Origin: Dictyostelium discoideum
Lineage: Eukaryota
Length of the DNA stretch: 64,000 nucleotides
NCBI GenBank assembly: GCA_000004695.1
Contig: CM000154.2
Coordinates: forward strand, 3,040,001-3,104,000
Reading direction: 5' to 3'
Position numbers and translations under genes: made by a program. The notes under the pieces are model-generated. The model ran no database searches. It had not been told where the DNA came from and saw only the letters and a program-made list of their open reading frames with translations. Positions within the stretch are counted from its first letter, which is position 1. Every line of letters starts with the position of its first letter. Positions 40,249-53,902 of this stretch are shown one piece after another.

Positions 40249-40751
40249 TTTTTTGAAACTTGTGTTTCTTTTTATTTGAATTTAGAATATAGAATTTCAA
40301 TTTTTATTTCTAAAATCTTTTTTTTAAACCACTTAAATATAAAAAAAATTGTATTTATTTAATTATTTAATTACAATTACAATTATAAGTAATATACAAA
40401 TATTAAAATTAATATGAGATTAAAAAATTTTTGTTGGTCATGTCCTATTTTTATTGGCTCAAGATATTGTTTTAACAGAACAATATTGCAGTTAAAAAAT
40501 TATTAATATTTCTAATAGTACTAAATAATAATTAATATTTTTAATTGTATTAAAAAATTATTAATATTTTTTAAAATAATTTACTTTTATTTGTCCAAAA
40601 ATCAAATGAAATTTCAAAATAAAAAATAAAAAAAAATATATATATATTTTAATTTGTTTATTTTATTTAAATTTAACAAAAAATTTTATTACTATTATTA
40701 TTATTATTATTATTATTATTCTTATTATTATAATTATTATTATTATTATTA

Positions 40752-40790
<39 letters not shown>

Positions 40791-41561
40791 TCACATGATT
40801 TTATTTTATTGATTTTTTTTACAAGATTGTTAATGTAATTAAAGATATAAAAAAAAAAAAACACCACCAACAGGAAAATTGTATATTTTTTTAATTATAG
40901 AAAACAAAAACTTTAAAAAAAAAAATTTTTTTACACGGGAAAAAAAAAAACCTTTTATTTACCCTAATAATTCCTATTGGATACAATTTTTTAGCCAAAT
41001 AGTTCCTATTGTATGTTTTTTTTTAAGTTATATTAAGTGTTGTAGGGAAATTTTTTAAAATTTCGCTGCCTTAACAGTAGTGAGTTTTCATACTAAATTT
41101 TTTTTTTTTTTTTTTTTCAATATTAAAAACAATTATTTTAGCCAAAACAATAAAAAAACTAATTTTAAACAGTTATTTGTAAGTTGTTATTTCTTTTAAA
41201 AATAAATAACAACTTACTTTCGAGTTTGTGACAATTTTTATTTTTTTTTTTATTTTTTTTTATTTAACCATAAACATAAAAAAAATGAAAAAGAGTTGTG
41301 TAACAATAAATATAAACTAATAATTTCATCTTCGTCTTCAAATAATAATAATAAATAATAATAATAATAATAATAAAAATAATAATATTAATAATAATAA
41401 TAATAATAATAATAACAATAGAGAAAAATTATCAACCATTTTCATCTTATAATAATAATAATAATAATTATAAAAATAATACAGGTGGTGCTGTTAGTAC
41501 TAACATTGTAAATAATATGGGTAAATGTGTTATTACTGGCCATCACTTTAGTGTATAAAAT

Positions 41562-42374
41562 ATGAATCATAATAATAATAACTATGATTTTGATAATAAA
41601 AATAATAGTATTGGTGGTGGTGGTGGTAGTAGTAGTAGAAGTAGTAGTAGTAGAAGTAGTAATAGAAGTAGTAGTGGAAGTAGTGGTGGCAGTGGTAGTA
41701 ACAGTAGCAGTAGTATAAATAATATTATTAATAGTGATAAAGACTTTATAACAGAAAGAAAACAAACAAAATCTCCACCTTTAACTCTTCCAAATATTAA
41801 AACCACCACCACAACAACTACCACAACAACAACTACCACAACCACAACAACAAAAAATGAAAATATAAGTTCATCTGAATCTGAAAACTCCTCTAGCAGA
41901 GTTGAATCCCCAAATTGTAATAAAAAGGTTAAGAAAACCAAAACCATTACTATCAGTCCAACTGGTTATAATATCAATAGTAAAGATGACATTAATAAAT
42001 TTACTACCTATGGCTACACTAACGAAAAGAGCAATGCCAGAAGAGACCCAAAATGGATAACTGATATTATTGAAAGATATAATCGTTTAAAATCTGAAAG
42101 CCCTAATAATAATTATAATGGCAGTAGTAATAATAATAATAATATTAATAATATTAATAACAATAGTAATAATACTACGTCACCTTGTCAATCACCATCA
42201 TCAAATACAGCAACTATAACATCAATATCATCACCTACTTCATCATCCTCATCTTTATCATCCCCATCCCCATCATTTAGTATAAATAACATTGTTAATC
42301 AAGATGTTGATGGTTGTGATAGAATGAATTATACTTTACTTTCGCAAAATAATAATAATAATAATAATAATAAT

Positions 42375-42427
<53 letters not shown>

Positions 42428-42929
42428 GAATACAAATAATAATGGTGATGAATGTATTGTTAAACCAATTTCATTAATTCAAAATAAAAAAAGCGGTCAA
42501 AGAAGTCTTAAAACCAAAGAACATAAAGAGATACTTGAAGCATTATATAGAGTAACCTTGTATCCAACATCAGAGGAAACTAAAATCATTAGCCAAATTT
42601 TGGGTATGACATTTGGTCAAGTTAAAAGCTCCTTCCGTCATCGTAGAGAGAAATTATCAAAGTCTGGTTTGTTCTCTTACGCAAAAAATCTTAAAAATTG
42701 TGGAAAATGCACAGTACCTTTGGATAATTTCTTTGAAAATTGTAAATACTTAACTACTAAAGAAACTGAAGAGTTTGCTGCTGCATATGATGTATCTTTT
42801 GAACAAATCAAAAATTATTTTAAAGGAAAAAGAGCAATATTAAATAAGTTATCTTCAAAGGCGAATCAAGATAATGATAATAATAATAATAATGAAAATA
42901 ATGATGATAGCTATAGTGATGAAGGGTGA
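41562..42929 (+). CDS. homeobox-containing protein
   Basis: N-terminal poly-N, G/S-runs and a T18 run. C-terminal atypical homeodomain RSLKTKEHKEILEALYRVTLYPTSEETKIISQILGMTFGQVKSSFRHRREK, with helix 3 (QVKSSFRHRR) matching the WFQNRR pattern. A second, degenerate homeodomain-like segment follows (TKETEEFAAAYDVSFEQIKNYFKGKRA). Confidence 0.5.
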
Positions 42930-43157
42930 TAAATTTGAATAATGAAAGAAGTAGTGTTCTTTTTTTATTATTAGATTTTATAAGAGACTTAAAATTTTTT
43001 ATCACCCCTCTCCTCCTCCTTCCTCCCCTATGAATTTATGATTATCACTACAAATCTAAATCCATATCCAATTAAAAAATTTTTGATTAAAAATATATAT
43101 GTATGTAGAGTAATTAATTATTTGTCCTATTTGTTATCTGTTTTTCAAATTTTTTGG

Positions 43158-43231
<74 letters not shown>

Positions 43232-43805
43232 AAGTTTATATTAATTAAGAATTTAATTAAATTATTTTATAAAACAAAGCCACAAGCGGTAATTTATAAA
43301 ATTAATTTTGGTTTAATCATAATTCAATTATGTTTTTTATTATTAAATTTTTTATCCACACACATTTTTTTTTTTTTTAAAATTTCCCAAATAACAAGGC
43401 TTTATCGTCATACAAAAAATAAAAAAATGAAAAAAAAGGTATGTATTTATTTTTCAAGGCTTGGAATGAAAATATCTTGAGCTTTACATAGAAATTTTTA
43501 ATGTATTTGTGATAAACGAAAATTTATTATAGGCGAAATTCAAAAAAAAAAATAAAAAAAAAACTAAAAACTTCAACTTTCTTAATTTCTAAGAAATATT
43601 TTTTTTTTTAAGAATATCAATATATTTTTCATTGGCGCCAAAATAACCCTTTTTTCTTTTTTTTTTGATTTTTAAAATTTTGTTATTTTTTTTTTTTTTA
43701 TTTTTTTATTAAAAAGGTTTGGGTGGAATACAAATAAAAAAAAAAAAAAAAAAATCATTTCAATAAATTTTCAATCAAATAATAAGTTTTTGAAACAAAT
43801 AAATA

Positions 43806-43961
<156 letters not shown>

Positions 43962-44737
43962 GTAATAATAATAATACTAATAATGGTAATGATGAAATTA
44001 AAAATAAATTAAATCAAAAGAGTAGAATGATTGAAGATTTGGAATTTTTATTAGATATTGGATTAATTAGTTTCAAAAAAATTTCCTACAACATATCATT
44101 TGGTGAATTTTTGATTGTTCTATTTATTATTAAACCATTTTTACAATTAAAAAAAAAAAAAAAAAACTAAAAAAATGAAAAATAAAAAAAAAAAATAAAA
44201 AAAAAAATGAAATATTTTTTTTTTTTTTTTTATTTTTTTTATTTTTTTAATCAAAAATATCCAACCCGAATACTTATTTAATCAAAAAAAATAAAATAAA
44301 ATAAAATAAAATATAATAATCAAATAAAAGATAAAAACCAAAAAAATTAATCAAAATTATTTTAAGAAGAGTTTTTATTTTATTTTAAAAAAAAAAAAAA
44401 AAAAAAAATCTTTTTTTTTTATTTTAAAAAACCTTTAATTTAATTTTTATTTTAATTTAATTTTAAAAAATATCTTCAAAGAATGAACCTAAAGTATTAT
44501 AATATTTGGTTCTATTATAATCTATCTGGGTTTTTTTTTTTTTTGGATTAAGGAAAAAAAAAAAAAAAAAAAAAATTTTTTTTTTTTCGCCGTTAAAGAT
44601 TTACATAAATTTTAAATTATTATTATTAATAAACAATCTCTCATCTGCATTAAAATCAGATTTGAAAAATAAAAAATAAAAAATTTAAAATTAATTTTTT
44701 TAAAAAAAAAAAAAAAAAAAAAGATATTTTTTTCTTT

Positions 44738-44779
<42 letters not shown>

Positions 44780-45102
44780 CTTTTTCGTAAATATACCCTT
44801 TGAATTTGTATTACTATTGTACATTAATTCTACCAACCCTTTTTGTATTTATATTTCTTTTTAAAAATTTCATTATTTTAAATAATAATAATAAAATCAA
44901 TCAAAAGATTAATCTATACATCAAATTCATTCACAACAATAACCTCCAAAAACTAAAAAAAAAAAAAAATAAAAAAAAAAAAAAAAAAACTAAAAATAAT
45001 TTATTTAATTTTTTTATTTTTAATTATTTTTTTATTTATTTAAACATATATATATATATATATATATAATATATAATAAATTTATATAACATATATATAA
45101 AA

Positions 45103-45142
<40 letters not shown>

Positions 45143-45169
45143 TTTTTTTTTTTTTTTTTTTTTCCTCAA

Positions 45170-45600
45170 TCACAACAATACCATAACCACACCCAACTTT
45201 CAATCCCCCCCCACTTACCACAAAAAATACCTACTAGTAATATATTTTTAAATCTCAAAAGACATAAAACCACATCAGGGTGTGATTAATCACTTGAAAA
45301 TAATTTTATAATAATAATTTAAAAAAAAAAAAAAAAAAAAAAAGGTTTGTTTGTGTTTTTTTTTATATATTATTATTATTATTTTTTTATTTTTATTTTT
45401 AGTAGTGACAAGTATAAAAAATACAACATTATTTTGAGTGTTTATTTCGAGATGTGTTGTTTGTTGTTTTTTTTTTCATTTTAATTTAAATTTAAATTAT
45501 TAATAATATTAATATTATTATTTTTTTTTTTTTTTTTTTTTTTACTTCCACACACAGATTTCCACACACCCCACCACCACACATTCAAACGGACACATTA
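45170..45600 (+). promoter_or_regulatory. C-rich / CA-rich islands in the AT-rich 5' flank of the RasGEF gene (putative promoter elements)
   Basis: CCTCAATCACAACAATACCATAACCACACCCAACTTTCAATCCCCCCCACTTACCAC (45170..45230) and TTCCACACACAGATTTCCACACACCCCACCACCACACATTCAAACGGACACA (45545..45598), the latter ending 20 bp before the ATG. C-rich blocks in an otherwise >85% AT 5' flank are where Dictyostelium promoter elements are usually found. Confidence 0.3.
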
Positions 45601-45618
45601 TAATATTATTATTTAAAA

Positions 45619-45820
45619 ATGGACATAAATAATAATATTGACAATATTACAAATAGTAATAATAATATTGAAAAAAATAATAATATTAATAATTTTGATA
45701 ATAATAATAATAATAATAATATTTTATATATTAGTAGTAGTGAGAGCAATAATAATAATAATATTAATAGTAGTAATAGTAGTAGTAATAATACTAACAA
45801 TAGTAATAATAGTAGTATTA

Positions 45821-45868
<48 letters not shown>

Positions 45869-46718
45869 TTTCCATAGAAGGTAATACAGCTAATAATAGT
45901 GATATAAAAGTTGGAACAAGTTTAACGAATTCAATTAAAAGCTTTAAGAAACTATTTAATAATCAAAAGAGTAATAATAATAACAATAATCTTCAAGTTA
46001 ATCATTTTCAACAATCACAATCATTACCACCATCATCAAATACTTCGCCTACATTTTCATCAACATCACCAATTATAATCGTATCGGATAATACAAATAT
46101 TGAATCTTTAGATTTAGAAATAAATAGTAATAATAGTGGTAGTATTGGTAGTAATAATAGTGGTGATAATAATAATATAAATATGAATTATAAATCAAAA
46201 TCCCTATCATTAAATTATTCAATTTTAAGACCTTTATGTGATACTGATAATATTAGTAATAACAATAATAATAATAATAATAATAGTAATAATAGTAATA
46301 ACAACAACAACATGTCATCCTCTGATAATAATAATAATAGTAATAGTAATAATACTACAAATGGTGGTCAACTAAAAAGAAATAATAGTAGTAATAATAA
46401 TAATAGATATAGTATTGGTGGGCCATTAAAAATGTCAAATTCATCAGATTTTAATGATTATTTATTAAATAATAATATTTTATATAATATTAATCAACCT
46501 AATCGTAAAACACCACCACCAAATTTAATGTCAGTTTTAAAGAATAGTTTCACACAATATACACCACCTTCAACAACACTCACATCACCAACAAGTACAC
46601 GTAATCCAAATAGATTATCAACAAATTTATCAAATGTAACAAATATATCCTCTTCAACATCATCATCTTCTTCATCTTTAAATGCTAATAATAATACTAA
46701 TAATAATAATCAACAATT

Positions 46719-46753
<35 letters not shown>

Positions 46754-47076
46754 TACAGCAACAACAACAATTAACAAAATCATACTCTGTTAGTAATTTA
46801 ATGAGATCACAATCATCATCATCATCTTCACAATCACCATTAATTCAACAAAGTGATCAAGTTACATTTGATTATGATTATATTTATAGAAGGTTCCTTA
46901 GAAGTAGAAGTGAATTGACATTACCATCATGGGACAATGCACAATATGAAGGTGATTTCGATACTGAAATCCAAGATACTCTAACTAGAGCTTTATCAAA
47001 TGGTAATTTACCAAGTGATAATAAAAGACAAAGTTTACATTTATCAACTGAATCAACTACAAGTAATAATAATAAC

Positions 47077-47108
<32 letters not shown>

Positions 47109-49627
47109 TAATAATAATAATAAATCAAAAACTGATGATACAACAAATTCTGCTACAACTACAACAACAACCACTACAACTACAACAACAACAACTACAA
47201 CCAATTCAACAACAACAACAACACAATTAAATAATGGTAAAAATTTAATTGGATTAGTTTATAATGATAAAGATGAAGTTATTGCAGGTGAAAGAGATAA
47301 AATTATTGGATTATTTACAGATATTTCAAAAGTGACAGGTACACAATTTTTAGAGGAATTTTTATTTACATATCATTATTATATGACATCAGTTGATTTA
47401 TTAGAGAATTTAAAGGGTAGATTTAATAATCCATTAATGGATCAAGCAGCACAATCAATATCAATACTTGAAGAGAATCATGACAAAGTAAAGATTGAGC
47501 AGCTTTCAACACATATTAGACTTCGTGTTATTAATGTAATAAAGAAATGGATTGAAAATCATGGTTATGCATTCGCAACCGATATTAACCTGTATCAAAT
47601 GTTGGTGGACTTTATAGATGGTGATGTGATGTCGTTCAGTCAAAGATGGGGCCAATATTTGAAAAAGGCAATCAATGATAGTGGCTGTCTATTACGATAT
47701 ATAGCTGTCAATGTAAAAGAAGCATCCTCCAAACAATTGCGTGAAATCATCTCATTGGATAATTTAGATGCAATCTCAAAATTAATGTCACAATCATTAC
47801 AATTGAAAGAACGTAAAAAAGGTTTAAAAGTTATTAAAAATTCATTCACAGGTAATGAAGCTGTAGAATGGTTAATTAATAAATTCAATTTAGATTCAAA
47901 AGATGAAGCACTTGAAACTTTATCAAAAATGTTACAATCAAATTTAATTTTTCATCATTCAAAATCTGGTTCTTCATTTTCTCCATCCTCCTCCTCCTCC
48001 TCAACAACAACAACGACAACAACATCATCATCATCATCGAGTTCGAATACAACAACTGCAAATATGGCATCATCATCTTCTGCAACCGATAATAGCAGCA
48101 GTGGTGGTGTTGTAACTTCTTCATCATCTTCTTCATCATCATCATCTTCTTCACCATCAAATGGAAATGGTACAACAGCTATAACGAGTACAAGTTTACC
48201 AAATTCTATATCATCATCAAATTCAACATCAATTTTAACATCATTAGTTGTAAATAGTAATAGTAGTGGAATTGCTAATGGTTCCTCAACTCCATCAATA
48301 CCATCATCTGTAACATCACCTTTAACAAATTCAAAATCGACTTTAAATTCTACCCCTTCATCATCATCAAATTCTTTTACTTTTAAAGATAAATCAACAA
48401 GTATCTATTATTTTATATTTGAAAATATTAATTTTCCAGAACCAATTGTACCAAAAACATTTTTTTCATCACCAAATTCAACATTTTCAATTACATTTTT
48501 AGATATTCATCCAGTTGAAATCGCTAGACAATTGACATTAATTGATTATGAGTTATTTAAAAAATTATCACCAACTGATTTCTATCATACAGCATGGAGT
48601 AAACCAGATGCAAAAGAGAAAGTACCAAATTTAATCAATTTTATCAATAGATCCAATACCGTTAGTTATTGGGTTGCCACAGAGATTTTATCATCTTCAA
48701 ATATAAAACATCGTGTTTCAGTTTTAAAAAGATTCATCACTATCGCTGAAATCCTTAGAAAATTTCATAATTGGAATACTCTCACTGGTATTTTAATGGG
48801 TTTAAATTTAGGTTCAATTCAACGTTTAAAGAAAACTTGGGAATCTATTGATAAGAAACAATTGGATTCACTTCAAAATTTAATTAATCTAACAAGTGAA
48901 CGTTTAAATTATTCAAATTATCGTAAAGAAATGTCAACTCCAACTTATCCTTGTTTACCTTTTATGGCTGTATATTTAAAAGATTTATATTTTATTGAAG
49001 AAAATCCTGATTATTTAGAAAATGGTTATATTAATTTTGAAAAAGTAAAAAATTATTATTATTATTATTAAATTTATTTAATTTTTATTTAATTTATTTA
49101 ATTTATTAACTTTTTTATTTTATTTTTTTTTTATTTTTTTTTACTTTTTATTTTAGATGAAAATGATTTCTAAAGTTTTAATTGAAATTAAAAGATATCA
49201 AACTGAACAATATTGGTTAAAGAAAATAGATGCAATTGAAAATATATTGAAATCAGTTGTTTTAACTGATAAAGATTTATATAAAGCTTCACATATGATT
49301 GAACAACCTCAAAGAACAATGACTGTTGGTTCAAATTTAAAAGCTCAATCATTTTTAACAACAACAACAACAACTACCACTACAAATAATTTAAATAATA
49401 ATAATAATAATAATAATCCAAATAATAATAATAATAATAATAATAATAGCGCTAATAATAAATCTTCACCATCTCCATCACCCTCCTCCTCTCCAATTAC
49501 TTCATCACCAATATCATCATTAACAATTAACAACAACAATACGATTTCATCAAATTTATCAGCTTCAACTGATAGTAGTATAAATACAAAAAAGAAATCT
49601 TCTTTCTTAATGTTTGGAAAGAAATAA
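45619..49627 (+). CDS. Ras guanine-nucleotide exchange factor with DEP domain (RasGEF_N - DEP - CDC25-homology); 2 exons: 45619..49044, 49157..49627
   Basis: RasGEF_N (IIGLFTDISKVTGTQFLEEFLFTYHYYMTSVDLLENLKGRF..), DEP (KVIKNSFTGNEAVEWLINKFNLDSKDEALETLSKMLQSNLIFH), and the catalytic domain (HPVEIARQLTLIDYELFKKLSPTDF..NFINRSNTVSYWVATEIL..NWNTLTGILMGLNLGSIQRLKKTW..PCLPFMAVYLKDLYFIEENPD..INFEK|MKMISKVLIEIKRYQ). Intron GTAAAA (49045) to tttTAG (49156), 112 nt. The product of about 1300 aa has extensive poly-N/S/T. The architecture matches what is described for the DEP-containing Dictyostelium RasGEF (GefQ), but identity cannot be verified here. Confidence 0.8.
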
Positions 49628-49757
49628 TAAAAAAAAAAAAAAATATATACTAAAAGTGTTTATGTATATTAATAATAAAAAAAAAAAAAAAAAAAAGAAA
49701 AGTAATTTTAGTATAGAAAAATAAAGAAACAAATTGTTTCTCTTTTTTTTTTTGCCA

Positions 49758-49796
<39 letters not shown>

Positions 49797-50610
49797 GGCA
49801 CGCCAATAACGTTTTGTCAACCTCTTTTTTTATTTTTTACTTTTTTTTTTTTTTTTCAAATTTTTTTTTTTTTATGGCAAAAAAAAAAGCATAAAAGAAA
49901 AACTCGTTTCTTTTTTTTTTCTTTTTTTTATTGACAAACAAACTAAAATGTAAGCATCAATACTTATTTATAAATTTATATTTTATTTTTTTTATTTTTT
50001 TATTATTATTACTTGGTGATGATTAACAGCTAAAGACTAGAGTTTCTGTAAAAACTATTGCTGAGACTATGCATTATTCTTTCCTGATATTTAATATTTT
50101 TAAAAAAAAAAAAAGAAATATATATTTGTGTTAAGAAAAAAAAAAAAAACAAATTTTAACTTTTTTTCTTTTTTTTTTTTCCTTTTTAAAGTTTTTAGGT
50201 TACATAAGTTCTTGATTCATCTAAGTTAGCTCCTTGATTTATTTTATTAATGTATGTTTTCAAAAAAGACTCAGGATAATTTTGCTTTTTATGTTTTAAA
50301 GGTTGCCAAGATTAAGTGATGATATTAATTACCGTCCGATTCTCGAATAAGACGATAACCTTTGGCTGTTTTTTTAAAACACTGATTTTCTTCACATATC
50401 TTTAAACATAATTGCAAAAAATAATATTCATGGTGTCTAAATATTTTTTTTATATTTAAACCAATACTAATATTTTTTTTCTTTTACCATAAATTATTAC
50501 AGATTTTAGAATTATTTTCCTTTTTCTTTCCTTTTTCTCTGAGATTACTTTTTTTATCATAAAATGATTTTAAAATGTTTAAATAAAAATGTTAAATTAT
50601 TAAAAAAAAA

Positions 50611-50720
50611 ATGTGTTTGGTCAATTTGTTTTTTTATATTTTTGTGTTTAAATTTCTTTTTGTTAAAAAAAAAATGTATTTGGTCAATTTGTTTTTTTAT
50701 ATTTTTGTGTTTAAAACCCA
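50611..50720. repeat. about 57-bp direct repeat x2 (AAAAAAAATGT(G/A)TTTGGTCAATTTGTTTTTTTATATTTTTGTGTTTAAA)
   Basis: Two near-identical copies in tandem. Confidence 0.8.
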
Positions 50721-50971
50721 ATTTCTAAATTTTTTTAATCATTTTTTTTTAATTCCAAATTTATTTATTCTTTATGTTTTTTTTTTTTTTTAAAAAAAAG
50801 AAGAAAGTAATATGTTTTAAAATTTTATAGGTTTTTTATTTTTTTTTATAATAAAATTACACGTAAAATTGAGTTTTATACATGTTTTTTTTTTTTTTTT
50901 TTTTGTAGATTTATTTTTTTAAATATGTGGAATTTGTATTTATATTATTATATTACTGTTGTTGGTTTATT

Positions 50972-51571
50972 TTAGTTTTGTTGTAAAAGGTTGGTACCAC
51001 AGGTTTCAGCAATGAGTTTTTCGATTTCACTACCATAAGTGACACCTCCTGCTTTTGGTTGAGTTGATTTAACACCAGCTTCGAAACCTTCTTGGTATGC
51101 TTTTGATTTTTCAGCAGTAGCAGTAGTTTTAATTTCTTTTGATAAATCTTCTTTGGCAATTGATTTGAAGGTATTTAATTTACCGACACCATGTGAAATG
51201 CCAAATAAAACGCTAAGACCATATAAAACCTTTAATTATGTTTGATGTGATGGATAATGATCATTATTATTTTTATTATTATTATTATTTAATTTTGTAT
51301 TTTTATTAATTTATTATTAGTACATCTATATATTTGGTTTAAAAATTTGTGGGTTTCTTTATTTTTTTTTTTTTTTTTCTGCTGTGACTGGGTGAAGATC
51401 GTATAAAAAAAAAAGAAAACAAAAAAAAAAATATAAAAAAAAAGAAGAAAATAATGTCATAATAATAAAATTGATTTGTTTTTTTTTTTAAAAAAGTTAT
51501 TGATATGGGTGTGTTAACACATAAGATATAAGATTACTTACACCGACGAATGAGTTTGGAGTGTAAGACAT
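50972..51571 (-). CDS. small conserved-looking protein, 95 aa (2 exons: 51571..51542, 51229..50972), probably highly expressed
   Basis: ATG TCT TAC ACT CCA AAC TCA TTC GTC GGT | GTAAGT..(312-nt intron)..aattaaAG | GTT TTA TAT GGT.. gives MSYTPNSFVG-VLYGLSVLFGISHGVGKLNTFKSIAKEDLSKEIKTTATAEKSKAYQEGFEAGVKSTQPKAGGVTYGSEIEKLIAETCGTNLLQQN*. Codon usage is strongly biased to C/T-ending codons (TTC, GTC, GGT, GCT, ACC), typical of abundant Dictyostelium proteins. The ORF-track ORF 50953..51159 is the wrong frame of this exon. Confidence 0.45.
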
Positions 51572-51630
51572 TTTAATATATATTATGTGTGTGAATGTGA
51601 TGAAAAACTATGAAATGAAAAAACAAAAAA

Positions 51631-51671
<41 letters not shown>

Positions 51672-51702
51672 TTTTTTATTTTTTTTATTTTTTTTGGAAA
51701 AC

Positions 51703-51757
<55 letters not shown>

Positions 51758-52372
51758 ATTATATGTGAAGAATTTCATTTTTTGATGTGTTTGTGAAAAT
51801 AAAAAAAAATAGTAAAACCAAAAAAAAAAAAAAAAAAAAGTAAACTAATTATTTGTATTTGTATTTGTATTTTTTTTAAAAAAATATTGTCTTATTGATC
51901 TCTTTTAATTTTTTTTATTTTTATTTTTATTTTGTTTTTTATGTTGGTAATAAAAATAAACAAAACTACATCAATGATGGTTGGTGTCTAAGGAAAGAAA
52001 AAGAGAAAGAGACCACTTGGAAGAGATATGATTTGTTTGGCTTAAGCAATTAAAGAAGTCTTTAATGGTTTGGATGGCTTATTTGGCTTTGGCATTGGTT
52101 TTGGTGGACAAGTAATAAATTCAATCGATTCAAAATTCATTTTCTAATTATTTCTAAAAGGATAAACACTAGCTTCTTTTGTTTTGTTTTTGTTTTAAAT
52201 TTTTTTTTTTTTTTTTACATTTTATAGTGATTAAAAAAAAAAAAAAACCCAAAATAAAAAAAAAAAAAATTAAATTAAATTATTTACATTATTTCACTTT
52301 TTTTTTAAAAATCTGGGTTTTTTTTTTTTTGGAAATCAAAGATTTTTTGTGATTGGACAAATATAAAAAAAA

Positions 52373-52403
<31 letters not shown>

Positions 52404-52552
52404 CAATTTTGTGACTAAGAAATAGCAAAGGGTTTTTTTTTTTATTTATTTTATTTTATAATCTAGTATTTTTATTTTTTTATTTTTATTTTTATTTTTG
52501 TTTTATTTTTGTTTTATTTTATTTTATTTTCGATACAAAATCGATAATAACC

Positions 52553-53416
52553 CTAAATTGATTTCGGTAAACAATTTTTTATTTTGGTTAAAGTAATATT
52601 ATTGAGTCTAGTATGATCAATTTCAGAAATTGAATGGGTTAAAGAGAATGGTATTGTGTTTAAAATTTTTATTGTTGGTTTGGCATCTTTTCCCATATTA
52701 AAAATACAGTATAAAATTGGAATTGTGTCACCTATTTTAGAACGAATTTCATTGATTTGTAAAGTATCTTTTTCAATATTGGTAAAGATTCCAGTGGAAG
52801 TGGATGCAAAAAATATAATATCATTCTCTTTAATTCCTGCTAAATCATTTATTTGTTTTTCTACTATATTTTGAAATGATAATTTCATTTTTAAACTTTG
52901 TAATAAATTTTCAAAAAATGGTTGATTTTTAATGATAATAAAATTTGGGTTATTATCAACAACAACAACAACATCATCATCATCATCATCAACCTTTAAA
53001 TTATTTTTTTCTTGGTTCAAATAATTTTCAAATGATTGATTTTCATTTATTAATTGTTTATCAATTTCTTGTAAATCTGGTTTTGTTGTTGTTGTAGTTA
53101 TGGATTTATTAATTGGAATTAAAGTTTTTAATTGATTTAGTTTTGAATTTTCTTTTTTTAATAGTTCAATTTCTACCAATTTTTCTTCTAAAATTTCCAG
53201 TAAAAAATGTTTATTTAAATCATGACCAAATTTTTGGAATTGAAATGGATGAAAATAATTTTCAAACTTTTTTTTAACATTTAAAATGGTATCAGTAAAT
53301 TCTAATTCAGTATTAAAATTATTATTACTATTATTATCTGATGGAAATAGGTCGTTAGTTTTTAAAATTTCATCAAAACTTTTAACTGATTTTATTTTTA
53401 AATCAAATGAAAACAT
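52553..53416 (-). CDS. hypothetical protein, 287 aa
   Basis: Single ORF with an ATG start and AT-rich flanks. Central coiled-coil-like region and a D6V5 run. No recognisable domain. Confidence 0.45.
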   Translation of the reverse strand: MFSFDLKIKSVKSFDEILKTNDLFPSDNNSNNNFNTELEFTDTILNVKKKFENYFHPFQFQKFGHDLNKHFLLEILEEKLVEIELLKKENSKLNQLKTLIPINKSITTTTTKPDLQEIDKQLINENQSFENYLNQEKNNLKVDDDDDDVVVVVDNNPNFIIIKNQPFFENLLQSLKMKLSFQNIVEKQINDLAGIKENDIIFFASTSTGIFTNIEKDTLQINEIRSKIGDTIPILYCIFNMGKDAKPTIKILNTIPFSLTHSISEIDHTRLNNITLTKIKNCLPKSI

Positions 53417-53902
53417 GTTTTTTATCTATTCTATTTTTTTTTTTTTTTTTTTTTTTCTTATATCGTTAATTAACACTGTGATAATAGGTTTTTTTTTTTT
53501 TATATTGCTTTGAAATAAAAATAATATTAATTCTTTTTTTACATTGCTTTTTTTTTTTTCATTATTTTTTTAATTTTTTTTTTTTTTTTTTTTAAGAATT
53601 TTTTTTAACTTAAATTGTTAAGCAAGTTTTCATTTAAAAATACACAACTTAGATATTTATAGGTTAAAAATTTAAATTATAACTTTTTACAATAATTTTT
53701 TCAATCATATTATTTTTTTTTTTTATTTAATATTCAAGTTATAAAAATTATAATAATTAAAAGATATTTTTTTGATTGTTTGAATTTTATTTTTTTTTAT
53801 TTTTTTTTTATTTTTTTTTATTATTTTTTTTTTATTTTAAATATGAATATTTTTTCATTTTTTTTTTTTCATTTTTTCTGCTTTGATCAACAATTTTAAA
53901 AA

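Noticed and set aside
50290-50360. GC-richer patch GGTTGCCAAGATTAAGTGATGATATTAATTACCGTCCGATTCTCGAATAAGACGATAACCTTTGGCTG, considered as a possible tRNA or snRNA.
   Set aside because: It has no cloverleaf, A/B box or Sm site. It was left uncalled.
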